From contig JAUSGG010000015.1 of assembly GCA_030649165.1 (NCBI GenBank), forward strand, positions 29,238 through 93,237: a stretch of DNA of 64,000 nt, in the 5' to 3' direction. The position numbers and the translations under genes are program-made. The stretch is from Armatimonadota bacterium. GTDB lineage: Bacteria > Armatimonadota > UBA5829 > JAUSEB01. How positions within the stretch are numbered: position 1 is the first letter of the stretch; every line of letters starts with the position of its first letter. Positions 44,713-54,400 of this stretch are shown here, piece after piece. The notes below the pieces were generated by a model, which was not told where the DNA came from, did not search any database, and saw only the letters and a list, made by a program, of their open reading frames with translations.

Positions 44713-45945
44713 ATGGCAGACAACTACAAACCAAAATACGCACTACTCGTTCAAGACATCCAGACCCGAGGCGTTGACGTCAATAAGGTCAAAGCTCGTC
44801 TGAAAGCCCAGCAAATCGAAACACCTTCCTGGGGCTATTCCGACTCCGGCACGCGGTTCGGCCCCTACCGGCAGCCCGGCTCGGCGGTGACGATCGAGGA
44901 GAAACTCGCCGACGCGGCGCGGGTCCACAAGTTCACTGGAGTGGCTCCGAGCGTGGCGGTCCACGTGCTTTGGGACTTCAAGGGCGACAACTTCGGCGAG
45001 ATCAGAGCATACGCCGAGTCGCTGGGCGTGGCTATCGGCGCGATAAACCCGAACGTCTTTCAGGATCGCGAGTACGCCTTCGGCAGCATAACCAACACCG
45101 ATCCCAAAGTCCGCAAGATGGCGGTCGATCACATGCTCTACAGCATAGAGATCGGGAAAGCGCTCGGTTCGGAAGTCCTGTCGCTCTGGTTCGCCGACGG
45201 AACCGACTACCCCGGCCAGGCGGATTTCCGCGCGCGCAAGAATTACGCCGAGGAGTCGCTCCGGACCGTCTACAACGCAATGCCTCCCGGTATGCGAATG
45301 CTCATCGAGTACAAACCCTTCGAGCCCGCGTTCTATCATACCGATTTGGCGGACTGGGGAATGGCTTACTCGTTCGCGAACAAGTGCGGTCCAAACGCGC
45401 ACGTGCTCGTCGATCTGGGGCATCACTTCAACGGCCAGAACGTCGAGCACATCGTGGCGTTCCTACTCGACGAAGCCCGGCTTGGCGGCTTCCACTTCAA
45501 CAATCATAAATACGCGGATGATGATCTGACCGTCGGTTCCGTGAACCCGTACGAGCTGTTCCTCATCTACAACGAACTGGTGAAAGCCGAGGATACGCCA
45601 AATAGCAACCCGCCGGTCGCTTACATGATCGACCAGTCGTTCATAACCAAGAGCAAGATCGAGGGGATGATACAAACGGTTATGGCGATCCAGTCCGCCT
45701 ACGCCAAGGCCATGCTTGTGGACCGCAGGAAGCTTGCGGCGGCGCAGTCGGCGCACGACGTGCTCGGCGCGGAACTTGTGATGCAGCAGGCATACAACAC
45801 GGATGTCGAGCCGCTGCTTAAGGTCGTTCGGGAAGAGATGGGTCTGGACCCGAACCCGCTGGAGGCGTTCAGCACGAGCGGGTATATGGACAAAATACGC
45901 AAGGAGCGCGGGACCAGGGCTGGAGCGGGGGGACTGGGGGCGTAA
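44713..45945 (+). CDS. rhaI: L-rhamnose isomerase, Pseudomonas stutzeri-type (xylose-isomerase-like TIM barrel)
   Basis: Close motif match to P. stutzeri L-RhI (SWGYSDSGTRFG, VDLGHHF, GGFHFNNHKYADDDL, YMIDQSF). Confidence 0.8.
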   Translation: MADNYKPKYALLVQDIQTRGVDVNKVKARLKAQQIETPSWGYSDSGTRFGPYRQPGSAVTIEEKLADAARVHKFTGVAPSVAVHVLWDFKGDNFGEIRAYAESLGVAIGAINPNVFQDREYAFGSITNTDPKVRKMAVDHMLYSIEIGKALGSEVLSLWFADGTDYPGQADFRARKNYAEESLRTVYNAMPPGMRMLIEYKPFEPAFYHTDLADWGMAYSFANKCGPNAHVLVDLGHHFNGQNVEHIVAFLLDEARLGGFHFNNHKYADDDLTVGSVNPYELFLIYNELVKAEDTPNSNPPVAYMIDQSFITKSKIEGMIQTVMAIQSAYAKAMLVDRRKLAAAQSAHDVLGAELVMQQAYNTDVEPLLKVVREEMGLDPNPLEAFSTSGYMDKIRKERGTRAGAGGLGA

Positions 45946-45951
45946 GGTTTA

Positions 45952-47019
45952 TTACGTAAACCTCTTCCCCGTCACCTCTTCGTATATCGCAAGCACGTTC
46001 TCGATCGGCGTGTCGGGCTGGATGCAGTGCGCGGGGGCGAAGATGTAGCCTCCGCCTTTACCGATTACGTCTATGCGGTGGCGGGCTTCGGCGCGGCATT
46101 GTTCTACTGTGCCGTGGGGCAGGGTCTGCTGGGTGCTGATCATGCCGCAGTAGGTCAGGCGGTCGCCGTGTTCGCGTTTCAGCTCTTCGGGGTCCATGCC
46201 GACCGGCTCGGGTTGGACCGCGTCGAGCACGTCCAGGCCCATGTCGATCAGCCTGGGCTGCAGCAGCCGCGTGGAACCGCAGGAGTGCATCATCGCCTTT
46301 GCGCCATAGTTGTGCGCAAGCTTGATGAACTTCTCGATGCGCGGGCGGAAGAAACTGTCGAAGGTCTCCGGGCTCATCGTCGGCCCCTTCTGTGAACCCA
46401 AATCCTCACCGAGGCATAGAATGTCTATTCCACCCTGCGCCGCTTCCAGCGATCCCCTGCACCACTCGTAGTAGAAATCGACGCGCCTGTCGATTATGGC
46501 GATCCCGACCTCATCCACGGTGATGATGTCTACCAACACCTCCGCCATGCCGCGGCCTCGCCCGACCCCGTTTATGATGTCCGGAATACTCGCGCTGCCT
46601 AAGCAAACCGCGTAATCTTTAACATTGTTGACCAGCTCGGGGAGAACCGAATAGTCGTAGTCGTCGGCATTTGGCCAGGGGTAACGCTCTACCTCGTCGA
46701 GCGTTGACAATCGACCCAGCGTCAAGTCGGTCGCCTCCAGATACTGCCCACCTGCGTCGTTGGCCACGAGCGAATAGCCGATTCCCCACATATCCCGCGC
46801 GTCGCAATTGTCTTCGGCCTCCGGCGCCCTGTACCTCGGCCGCCCCACCGGCTCCACGGATCGGAAATCCACTTCAAACGCAACACGGTAGTCCGTTTCG
46901 CCAAAATGCCCGCGAAGCGCCGCGTCGATCTCCGGTGTCACATATATCGTAATCGGCGGTCGGTCCGGTTCCTGATGGGCAATAGCCAGCCGCACACGTT
47001 CCTTCGGTATCAATGCCAT
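45952..47019 (-). CDS. Uroporphyrinogen decarboxylase (URO-D)-like family protein (not in a heme context)
   Basis: URO-D fold conservation in the C-terminal half. Start MALIPKERV with RBS GGGAGA. Confidence 0.65.
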   Translation of the reverse strand: MALIPKERVRLAIAHQEPDRPPITIYVTPEIDAALRGHFGETDYRVAFEVDFRSVEPVGRPRYRAPEAEDNCDARDMWGIGYSLVANDAGGQYLEATDLTLGRLSTLDEVERYPWPNADDYDYSVLPELVNNVKDYAVCLGSASIPDIINGVGRGRGMAEVLVDIITVDEVGIAIIDRRVDFYYEWCRGSLEAAQGGIDILCLGEDLGSQKGPTMSPETFDSFFRPRIEKFIKLAHNYGAKAMMHSCGSTRLLQPRLIDMGLDVLDAVQPEPVGMDPEELKREHGDRLTYCGMISTQQTLPHGTVEQCRAEARHRIDVIGKGGGYIFAPAHCIQPDTPIENVLAIYEEVTGKRFT

Positions 47020-47089
47020 TCCGCTCTCCCGATTGCCGGTCGCGTCCCACTCTATCTGCGTTCTTCCCTGAACCAACCCAACCGACGAG

Positions 47090-48811
47090 CTACTTCGGAA
47101 ACACTACCGTCGCCTTCGTCCCCCCGTTGTCCTCCAACGTGAACGACCCGTTCAGATTATCGTGGACGAGGTTCTCAACTATCTGCAGGCCCATCCCACG
47201 AGCTTTTCGAAAATCGAAGTCCGGTTCGAGCGGCTCGCCGTCGTTCGAGATAACCATTTTCAGCTCGTCCTGCTCCTCACCCAGCTCGACCGTGATCTTC
47301 CCGCCGCTGATCGACTTGAACCCGTGCTCCACCGCATTTTGGATCAGCTCGTTCAGGATCAGCGCGACCGACGTAGCTTTGCCCGACGGCAGAAAAACGT
47401 CCACCCCGCGCACCGACATCGTGATGTGCTTGTCCGGCGGCACGAGCCCCTGGCTCGTAGCGGCGATGATATTCTCCGCGATCTTCTTTATGCTGACGTT
47501 GTCCATATTTTCCTGCGACAGCATCTCGTGGACCGCCGCGATGCTGAGTATTCGAGTGATGCTCTCATTCAACACCTGCTCTACGGACTCGAACTTGCCG
47601 TAACGGATTTGCAGTCGTAGAAGGCTGGCAATCGTCTGCAGGCTGTTCTTGACCCGGTGGTGCATCTCTTGAATGATCGCCGATCTGACCATCAGCTTGG
47701 CGTTCTCAATCGCTATTGCCGCGTGGCTTGCCAGCGCGCTGAGGAGCTGCAAATCCTCGTCCGTAAAGACGTGAGGCCTGGCCGTGTAACAGTTCAAAAC
47801 GCCGATCGTCTTGTTCTTGACCGACAGCGGCATGCAGACGAGCGAGCAGAGTCCTTCCTGTTTCGCGATATCGGGGAACCTGTATCCCGGGGTTTTGCGA
47901 ACGTCGAGCACTGTCAGAGGCTTGCCTTCCAATACCGCGCGGCCCGCGAGGCTCTCGCCGAGCTTGAGGTTCGGCTTCTTCACATAAGCCTTGCTCTGGC
48001 TCTGGGTCGCCTTGATAACCAACTCGCCGCGATCTTCGTCCAGCAGCATAACAGAGCAGATCTTGAAGCTCATGCTGTCCGCCGTCATCCCGACTATAAG
48101 CTGCAGAACTTCGTCGAGGTACAAGTCGGAGGTGATGGTCTTGCTGATCTCGGATAAAGTGCTGAAACGCGAAGCCTGCGCCTGAAGCCGTTTGTACTGG
48201 ACCGAACTCTCAACTGCCCCGCCGACCATGCTCGCAATGCTGTTCAGCAGGCGTATCTGGCCCTCTCGGTATTCGTGTGGTGGGTTCGTGCGAACGTTGA
48301 TCACACCTACCAACTCCGTTTTGCCTGGGAGCGGCACGGAAAGCATCGACTGGTAGTTGTCCTGCTGGAATCCCGGAACCGGCTTGAACCTGGCGTCGAG
48401 GAAAGCGTTGCGGTTTAGAGCCACGTACTTACGTTCCTTGGCGACCCACCCGGTTATCCCCTCGCCCACTTTCAGGCGAATCTTGCCGATAACGCCTCTC
48501 GCCGGCCGGCTGGCGGCGCGAAGGACGAGCTCTCTCTTGGACTCGTTGAGGATGTAGATCAGGCAGAGGTCGGTGCCGGTCACCTTCACGACGATGTCGG
48601 CCGCCATCTTGAGCATTTCTTCGAGGTCGAGGGTTGATGCTATTGCCTGTCCCAGCAGCCGGATTGCTTCGGTTTCCACATCCTTGTCATGAAGAGCGCT
48701 CTCCAGGCGAGAGTTCCGCGCCCTGGCGTCATCCAGCGCCTTGCGAAGCTGCTGCAGCTCATCATCCGCCCCGGAATCGGAGCCGGACTTGGATATCACG
48801 TTTCTTCTCAT
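47090..48811 (-). CDS. Sensor histidine kinase with two GAF domains and a HisKA_2/HWE-type kinase core
   Basis: HHRVKNSLQ H-box. C-terminal HATPase region (ILNELIQNAVEHG). Confidence 0.8.
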   Translation of the reverse strand: MRRNVISKSGSDSGADDELQQLRKALDDARARNSRLESALHDKDVETEAIRLLGQAIASTLDLEEMLKMAADIVVKVTGTDLCLIYILNESKRELVLRAASRPARGVIGKIRLKVGEGITGWVAKERKYVALNRNAFLDARFKPVPGFQQDNYQSMLSVPLPGKTELVGVINVRTNPPHEYREGQIRLLNSIASMVGGAVESSVQYKRLQAQASRFSTLSEISKTITSDLYLDEVLQLIVGMTADSMSFKICSVMLLDEDRGELVIKATQSQSKAYVKKPNLKLGESLAGRAVLEGKPLTVLDVRKTPGYRFPDIAKQEGLCSLVCMPLSVKNKTIGVLNCYTARPHVFTDEDLQLLSALASHAAIAIENAKLMVRSAIIQEMHHRVKNSLQTIASLLRLQIRYGKFESVEQVLNESITRILSIAAVHEMLSQENMDNVSIKKIAENIIAATSQGLVPPDKHITMSVRGVDVFLPSGKATSVALILNELIQNAVEHGFKSISGGKITVELGEEQDELKMVISNDGEPLEPDFDFRKARGMGLQIVENLVHDNLNGSFTLEDNGGTKATVVFPK

Positions 48812-49383
48812 ACTTCGTGCGCGATCACAATGGCCTCGGCAATCTCCCGCATGGATTTCCTGGTATTCATGCTCTGCGCCTGGATTCTGCGGAAGGCCTC
48901 AGCCTCTTTCAAGCCGTACTGGTCCATCAGAATGCCTTTGGCGCGGTCGACTACCTTCCTGGTCTCAAGCTTCTCGGACAAATCCCCGGCCTGAGTTTCC
49001 ATCTCCTGGTATTCGAGATATCTCGCAATTGCGACCTCAATCGCAGGCGTCAGGTCCGCCTCCTTGAATGGCTTAACGAGATAGGCGAAAACGCCCGCTT
49101 CCTTGGCGCGATCTATCAGGTCTTTCTGGCTGTACGCGGTCAGGAGGATCACCGGCGATATCTTCTCCGCTGAGATGATCTTGGCCGCGTCGAGGCCATC
49201 CATAATGGGCATCTTGATGTCCATTACCACTACGTCCGGGCGAAGCGATCGAACGAGGTCCAGGGCCTTCTGGCCGTCAGCGGCTTCGCCCACGACGGCA
49301 TGCCCCATTTCCTCGATCATCTTCTTCAAGTCCAGCCGTATGATGGCTTCGTCATCCGCGACCACGATTCTCAGTTGATCCAT
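48808..49383 (-). CDS. Response regulator with a C-terminal ANTAR RNA-binding domain (AmiR/NasT-like)
   Basis: Receiver domain (VADDE...D...K) plus ANTAR motif (VDRAKGILM...EAFRRIQAQSMN). RBS GGAGG. Confidence 0.85.
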   Translation of the reverse strand: MDQLRIVVADDEAIIRLDLKKMIEEMGHAVVGEAADGQKALDLVRSLRPDVVVMDIKMPIMDGLDAAKIISAEKISPVILLTAYSQKDLIDRAKEAGVFAYLVKPFKEADLTPAIEVAIARYLEYQEMETQAGDLSEKLETRKVVDRAKGILMDQYGLKEAEAFRRIQAQSMNTRKSMREIAEAIVIAHEV

Positions 49384-49473
49384 CCGTTCGCCTCCAATAA
49401 CCACTCCCTTGCTGTCCACCCATTGTAATCTATGCTATAATCCGTTGTCAAAGTTCCGGGCGAGGTTGCGTCA

Positions 49474-50280
49474 TTGCGCAGAACAATTCTGATCCGATTG
49501 AGCGTGGCTCTGGCCGCCTATCTGCTTCTCTCCGTCGTGGTGCCGCGGCTAAGCGTGTTCGGTCGCCAGATTGACCTCATCGTCTTCACGGTCATCTTCA
49601 TGGCCGCGCAGATGCTCGTCATCAGGTACATCTGCGCCATGCAAGTGAGCTTCGCGGCCGGCGGCGTTATCTTCATTGCGTCACTCGGAGCGTTTGCCGG
49701 CCTCCTGGCGGCAAAACACGCCACCGATGGAGTCCTCCTGCTCGGTCTGCCGATAGACCTGTCGCGGATAGTTGCCGCCAGTTTCCTCGGATATCTCGTG
49801 TCGTTTGTGCTCAGAGATAAGAACATTGTGCTGCCCATAGCGGGATTTGCCGCGTGTCTCGATATATGGACCGTGACGTGGGGACCAACGAGGCATATGA
49901 TTGAAAAGGCGCCGAAGCTCGTGGAAGAAGTCAGCGCGCCCATACCCATCCCGGGCGGTCACGGCGACCTGGCTTCAGTAATAGGTCCCGCGGATTTCGT
50001 CTTCCTCGCGGTCTTCTTCGGAGCGATTTACCGGCTCAAGATGGAGCCCGGCCTCACCTTCCGAATCGTCCTTCCCCTACTCTGCTTGACGATGATCGCG
50101 GTCAACTCCACACCGTACTTCCCAGGCATACCGGCGCTTGTCCCGATGGGCATTGGCGTCATAGCCGCGAACTACCGTCACGTCAAGTTCAGCAAACAGG
50201 AAAAGTGGTCGGTTATTATAATGTCAATCATACTCACGCTCGCGCTCGCGGCGCATCTGCTGTATCGGGCCGCGCGCTGA
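49474..50280 (+). CDS. Polytopic membrane protein with a GxGD-like motif (GGHGDLAS); possible A24/presenilin-type aspartyl peptidase
   Basis: At least 7 hydrophobic segments, LGLPIDL and GHGD motifs. Weak inference. Confidence 0.45.
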   Translation: MRRTILIRLSVALAAYLLLSVVVPRLSVFGRQIDLIVFTVIFMAAQMLVIRYICAMQVSFAAGGVIFIASLGAFAGLLAAKHATDGVLLLGLPIDLSRIVAASFLGYLVSFVLRDKNIVLPIAGFAACLDIWTVTWGPTRHMIEKAPKLVEEVSAPIPIPGGHGDLASVIGPADFVFLAVFFGAIYRLKMEPGLTFRIVLPLLCLTMIAVNSTPYFPGIPALVPMGIGVIAANYRHVKFSKQEKWSVIIMSIILTLALAAHLLYRAAR

Positions 50281-50443
50281 CCCCCTCCCCTTTCAGGGGA
50301 GGGCTGGGGTGGGGTCAAATCTGCCGACAATATCGGATTCTCACGAGGAAATAAGGAAAGGAAGGAAAGCAAACAATGGCGCTTATTGCTTTCTTTTCCC
50401 CTTTTCCTACTCTTTCCAGTCTTCCTCGTCAAAGCCTTTTCAG

Positions 50444-51205
50444 ATGAACATCCAAATCTGCGCGGAAACACGAATCGGCTCTCGTACCGCAAATGAGGAC
50501 AGCTATCTCATCATTCAGGGGCCCGATCTGCCTGATGGAGTCCTGGCCGTCCTGGCTGTCGCCGACGGCATCGGCGGAATGGGCAATGGGCATGTTGCCA
50601 GTTCCACTGCGCTGACCACCTTCGCCGAAACGTTTCGCAGGTTCGCTGCTGCGCACAAGCGGCGCGACCCTCCCATTGCTGACTGGCTCGCATTCTGTTT
50701 CCACAAGGCCAACTCGCGCGTTCTACGTATGGGACTCGCTCTCCCTGAGTTGAAGGGAATGGGAACAGCCTGCACAGCCGCGGCCATCACGCGCTCTCAC
50801 GTTCACGTCTGTCACGTAGGTGATGGCCGTGGATATCTGTGGAGAGAATACGCTCTGCGCCAGCTCACGGATGACGAATGGTACCGCGACTTGAGAAAGC
50901 CTCGACCCCCCGACAAGGCTGTCCACAATGCCCGGCCAGGCCGGCGGCCGGGCGTGACGCTTGTGAATCAGGCAATCGGCTGGCAGCCAATGATAAACCC
51001 GTCCAAAATCGTCGAGCCGCTGCGACCCGGCGACGGAATTCTCCTCTGCACTGACGGCCTCACCGACAGCCTGCCAATTGAAGAGATCGAGCGCCTGCTC
51101 CGCTCCACCCCCGGCGCCGGCGACCTTTGCCGCGATCTCGCCGACCAGGCAGCCAAGACGCCAAACTCCGACAACGTCACACTCATTTACGCCCAACTGC
51201 CTTGA
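50444..51205 (+). CDS. PP2C-family Ser/Thr protein phosphatase
   Basis: VADGIGGMGNGHVAS and the C-terminal DG(L)TD motif. Confidence 0.8.
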   Translation: MNIQICAETRIGSRTANEDSYLIIQGPDLPDGVLAVLAVADGIGGMGNGHVASSTALTTFAETFRRFAAAHKRRDPPIADWLAFCFHKANSRVLRMGLALPELKGMGTACTAAAITRSHVHVCHVGDGRGYLWREYALRQLTDDEWYRDLRKPRPPDKAVHNARPGRRPGVTLVNQAIGWQPMINPSKIVEPLRPGDGILLCTDGLTDSLPIEEIERLLRSTPGAGDLCRDLADQAAKTPNSDNVTLIYAQLP

Positions 51206-51402
51206 CCGCCCCACTCATCCTAACCGTCAACCGACAACTGTGAACAAAAAACTTCCCAAAAACTTCCCAAGTCTTGACAACCAAACGGTGAAAGAAGTAG
51301 TCTAACTATAATAGTTGCACCATTCACAGCCGTTCCCTCACGGCAACAGGCACGCGCATTTTCCCCGCGCAAAGCCATCGGATATAAGGAGAAGAGGAAG
51401 TC

Positions 51403-54400
51403 ATGCGCCGATTCAGTCCATGTTTCTCCCTGGTTCTTGTCGTCTGGCTGTTCCTGGCGATAGTCCCCGCGCTTGCTGACATCGGATTCGTGTACACCTG
51501 CGACCAGGTCCCCCACCTGGCTCCGTCGGCGTGGAACGTGTCTCCAAACGGCCCGTCAAACAGCGTCCATACGGAACAATGTGGAGGAAGCTGTAATGGC
51601 ATCACAAACAGCGTAGTTACGGACGGGGGATCCAACGTGTGGAAGGTGGTGGACGCGAACACATCCTACTGCGGAATCTGGAAAAACGCCAACCTGAGCG
51701 GCATGAATTTAGGCAGGGGCGTGACGATAGCTGCCAACATAAGGTGTGAGGAAAACTCATCAGACAGTTCCTTTACGCTTGGTATTAATAAGACGAATTC
51801 CGCTGTGCTGTTTCTCTGCGTCAGAACGGATGGCTGCCTTCTTATGGACAGAGAAGGCGTGGTAAAGAGTTCGTACTCATTTACGGCCGACACCACGGGC
51901 TACCACCGCTATTATCTGACCGCACAGAATCCTCCCGGGGTGGGCGACGACCAGTGTGTCTGGACTGTCTATCGAGACGGCCAGTCGGTGATGACCTATA
52001 CACCAGGTCTTCTAGCGAACTGGACAGCCAGCAACGCATTCTTCGCCGGGCACGGGGGACCGTATACGACGAATATTGGCTCCGGGACGGGAACGTGGTA
52101 TTTCGACTGGATCGCGTGCAGGACTGACGGAGCCTTCAGCCCAAGCCAGTGGGACCCCATGCTTCCGCCACCGGCTCCGACGGTCACGGCGCCGGCCAAC
52201 GGTTCCACGGTCATCATCCTCAACCCAACCATACAATGGACGAACACCTATTACGACAGCTATGAGGTCCACGTCACCACGACAAACAACCCCACCGGCG
52301 CCATCGCCTGGGACTCCGGCGTAGTGGTGAGCACAGCGAATTCCTGCACTCCGGCCAACCTGGCGAACGGGTCATATTACATATTCATCCGCCTGCGCGC
52401 CCCTGCGGGATGGGGACCCTGGAGCGCCGAAGGTTACAGGTTCACGGTTGATGCGCCTACCAGTCCGCCCGTCGCGCCCACTATGACTGCGCCTGTTCCC
52501 GGGTCAACTCTGAACACAAGAAACGTCGTGATTGGGTGGACGGGAGGCACGCGCGACGGCTACCAAGTCCACATAAATACCACCAATCTGCCGAACGACG
52601 CGGACGGATGGGACTCCGGCTCGGTAATGAACAAAGCCAATGACTGCCTTTCCGGAAGCCTTGCGAACGGCTCTTATTACGCTTTTGCCAGGTTGCGCAA
52701 TCTGGCCGGCTGGGGGGAATGGAGCACGGGCGTTAACTTCACAGTGGACGTTTCGTCAGTCCTGCCGGGGGCGCCCGTCGTGGTAACCCCGATGGACGGG
52801 TCGAACGTGGCGCTGCAGAAGCCCGTGGTTCGGTGGATCGGAGATGCGCACGACAAATACGAGGTCCATGTCAACACAACGAACACTCCTGCCGACACGG
52901 ACGCCTGGACCTCCGGCGAGGTATCCAGCGCCGATGACTGGTGCGACTCCGGTATCCTGACCAACGGAGCCTACCACGTCTTCGTCCGCGTGCATAACGA
53001 CGCGGGCTGGGGTCCATGGAGCGCCGGACGAGCCTTCACGGCGAACTTCACCGGCTCCGAGATGAAGAAGGGTTGGATCTTCCTTCGCGACGACCTGCCT
53101 TACCACCTGGAATTGCTCACTCACGCCCGTGAGTACCACGTGAACCATTTGCAGATATCCCACGACATAATGATGTACGCTTGGCAGCCGATCAATGATG
53201 TGGCAAAGCGCAGCAAGATCAACCAACTCATTGATACGGCTCACGCTAACGGCGTAAGCGAAGTAGTATTGTGGTCTCACGAGATAATGTACCGCGACTT
53301 GCCGCCGCAGTACAGAGTCGGCGGAAAGGTCAACCTGGACGATCCCGGCTTCTGGACGTGGATGGACTCAGAGTACGAAACACTGTTCACAGTGTGCCCG
53401 AACGCCGATGGACTCGTTTTCACGTTCAGCGAGTCCGATGTGGACTTCGACAACCGTTTCGAAACCATTCACACCGGCAAGACGCCCATAGACACGTACG
53501 CCAAGGCGATTGAGACCCTGTGGAACGTCTGCCACAGGCACAACAAATCCCTCTACATACGCACTTGGGGATCTGACAAGTGGATCCGCGACGGCCTCAT
53601 GCGCAACGATCCCGCCATCTGGCTCATGAATAAGGCCACCGGCGCCGCCGACTGGAACGTGATCCAGGAAGATTACGATATGGTCGGCACGGCTCCGGGG
53701 CATCCGGAGTTGATGGAATTCGACTTTACGGGCGAGTATTGGGGACTTACCTACACTCCGTGGGCCGGCATAGACTTCACGCGACACCTGTGGTCCGAGT
53801 TTGGCTTGCCGCGCGGGGTTGATGGCATGGCGGCAAGGATAGACAGAGACAACGGAAACGCTGTCCAAACTCCCAACAGGATCAATATGGCCGCGCTGGA
53901 TATTCTGGCTGATTCCCCGGACATCTCTTCCGATGATATCTACAGCTATTGGTCTAACCACTGGTTCGGCCCCTCGGGGGCGAAGATAGCGTCTTCGCTG
54001 AAGAGGACCTTCGACATCACGAACGCCTGCTACGGCCTGCCAACCGTCTACCCGTTCTCCTATTGGGTCGCTATCAACGACATCAAGTCATCCACGTTCG
54101 ACCTGAACTGCGTGGCCCCCAGCCTCAAAGCCGACACCAACTACCAGTCCGGCGTCACGGCCTACGACCTGTTCCACGGGCGAATGATGAACGCCGCGGC
54201 CAAATTGGGGATTGGCGTACCGACAACACTATTCGGCGACTTCACGCCCATTTACAGCAACGAGACGAGCCCGACGTGTACCGCGACGATCGTGGACGCG
54301 TCAACGGGACTGAACCCGTCCTCGTTCTACGTCGAGTACTCTACGGACGGCGGATCATCATGGACCCCCTACTCCAACATCACGGTCACGGCGGAGGGAT

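Noticed and set aside
51268-51312. TTGACA and TATAAT hexamers upstream of the giant-protein gene
   Set aside because: The spacing between them is about 27 nt, which is incompatible with a single sigma70 promoter. No promoter was called.
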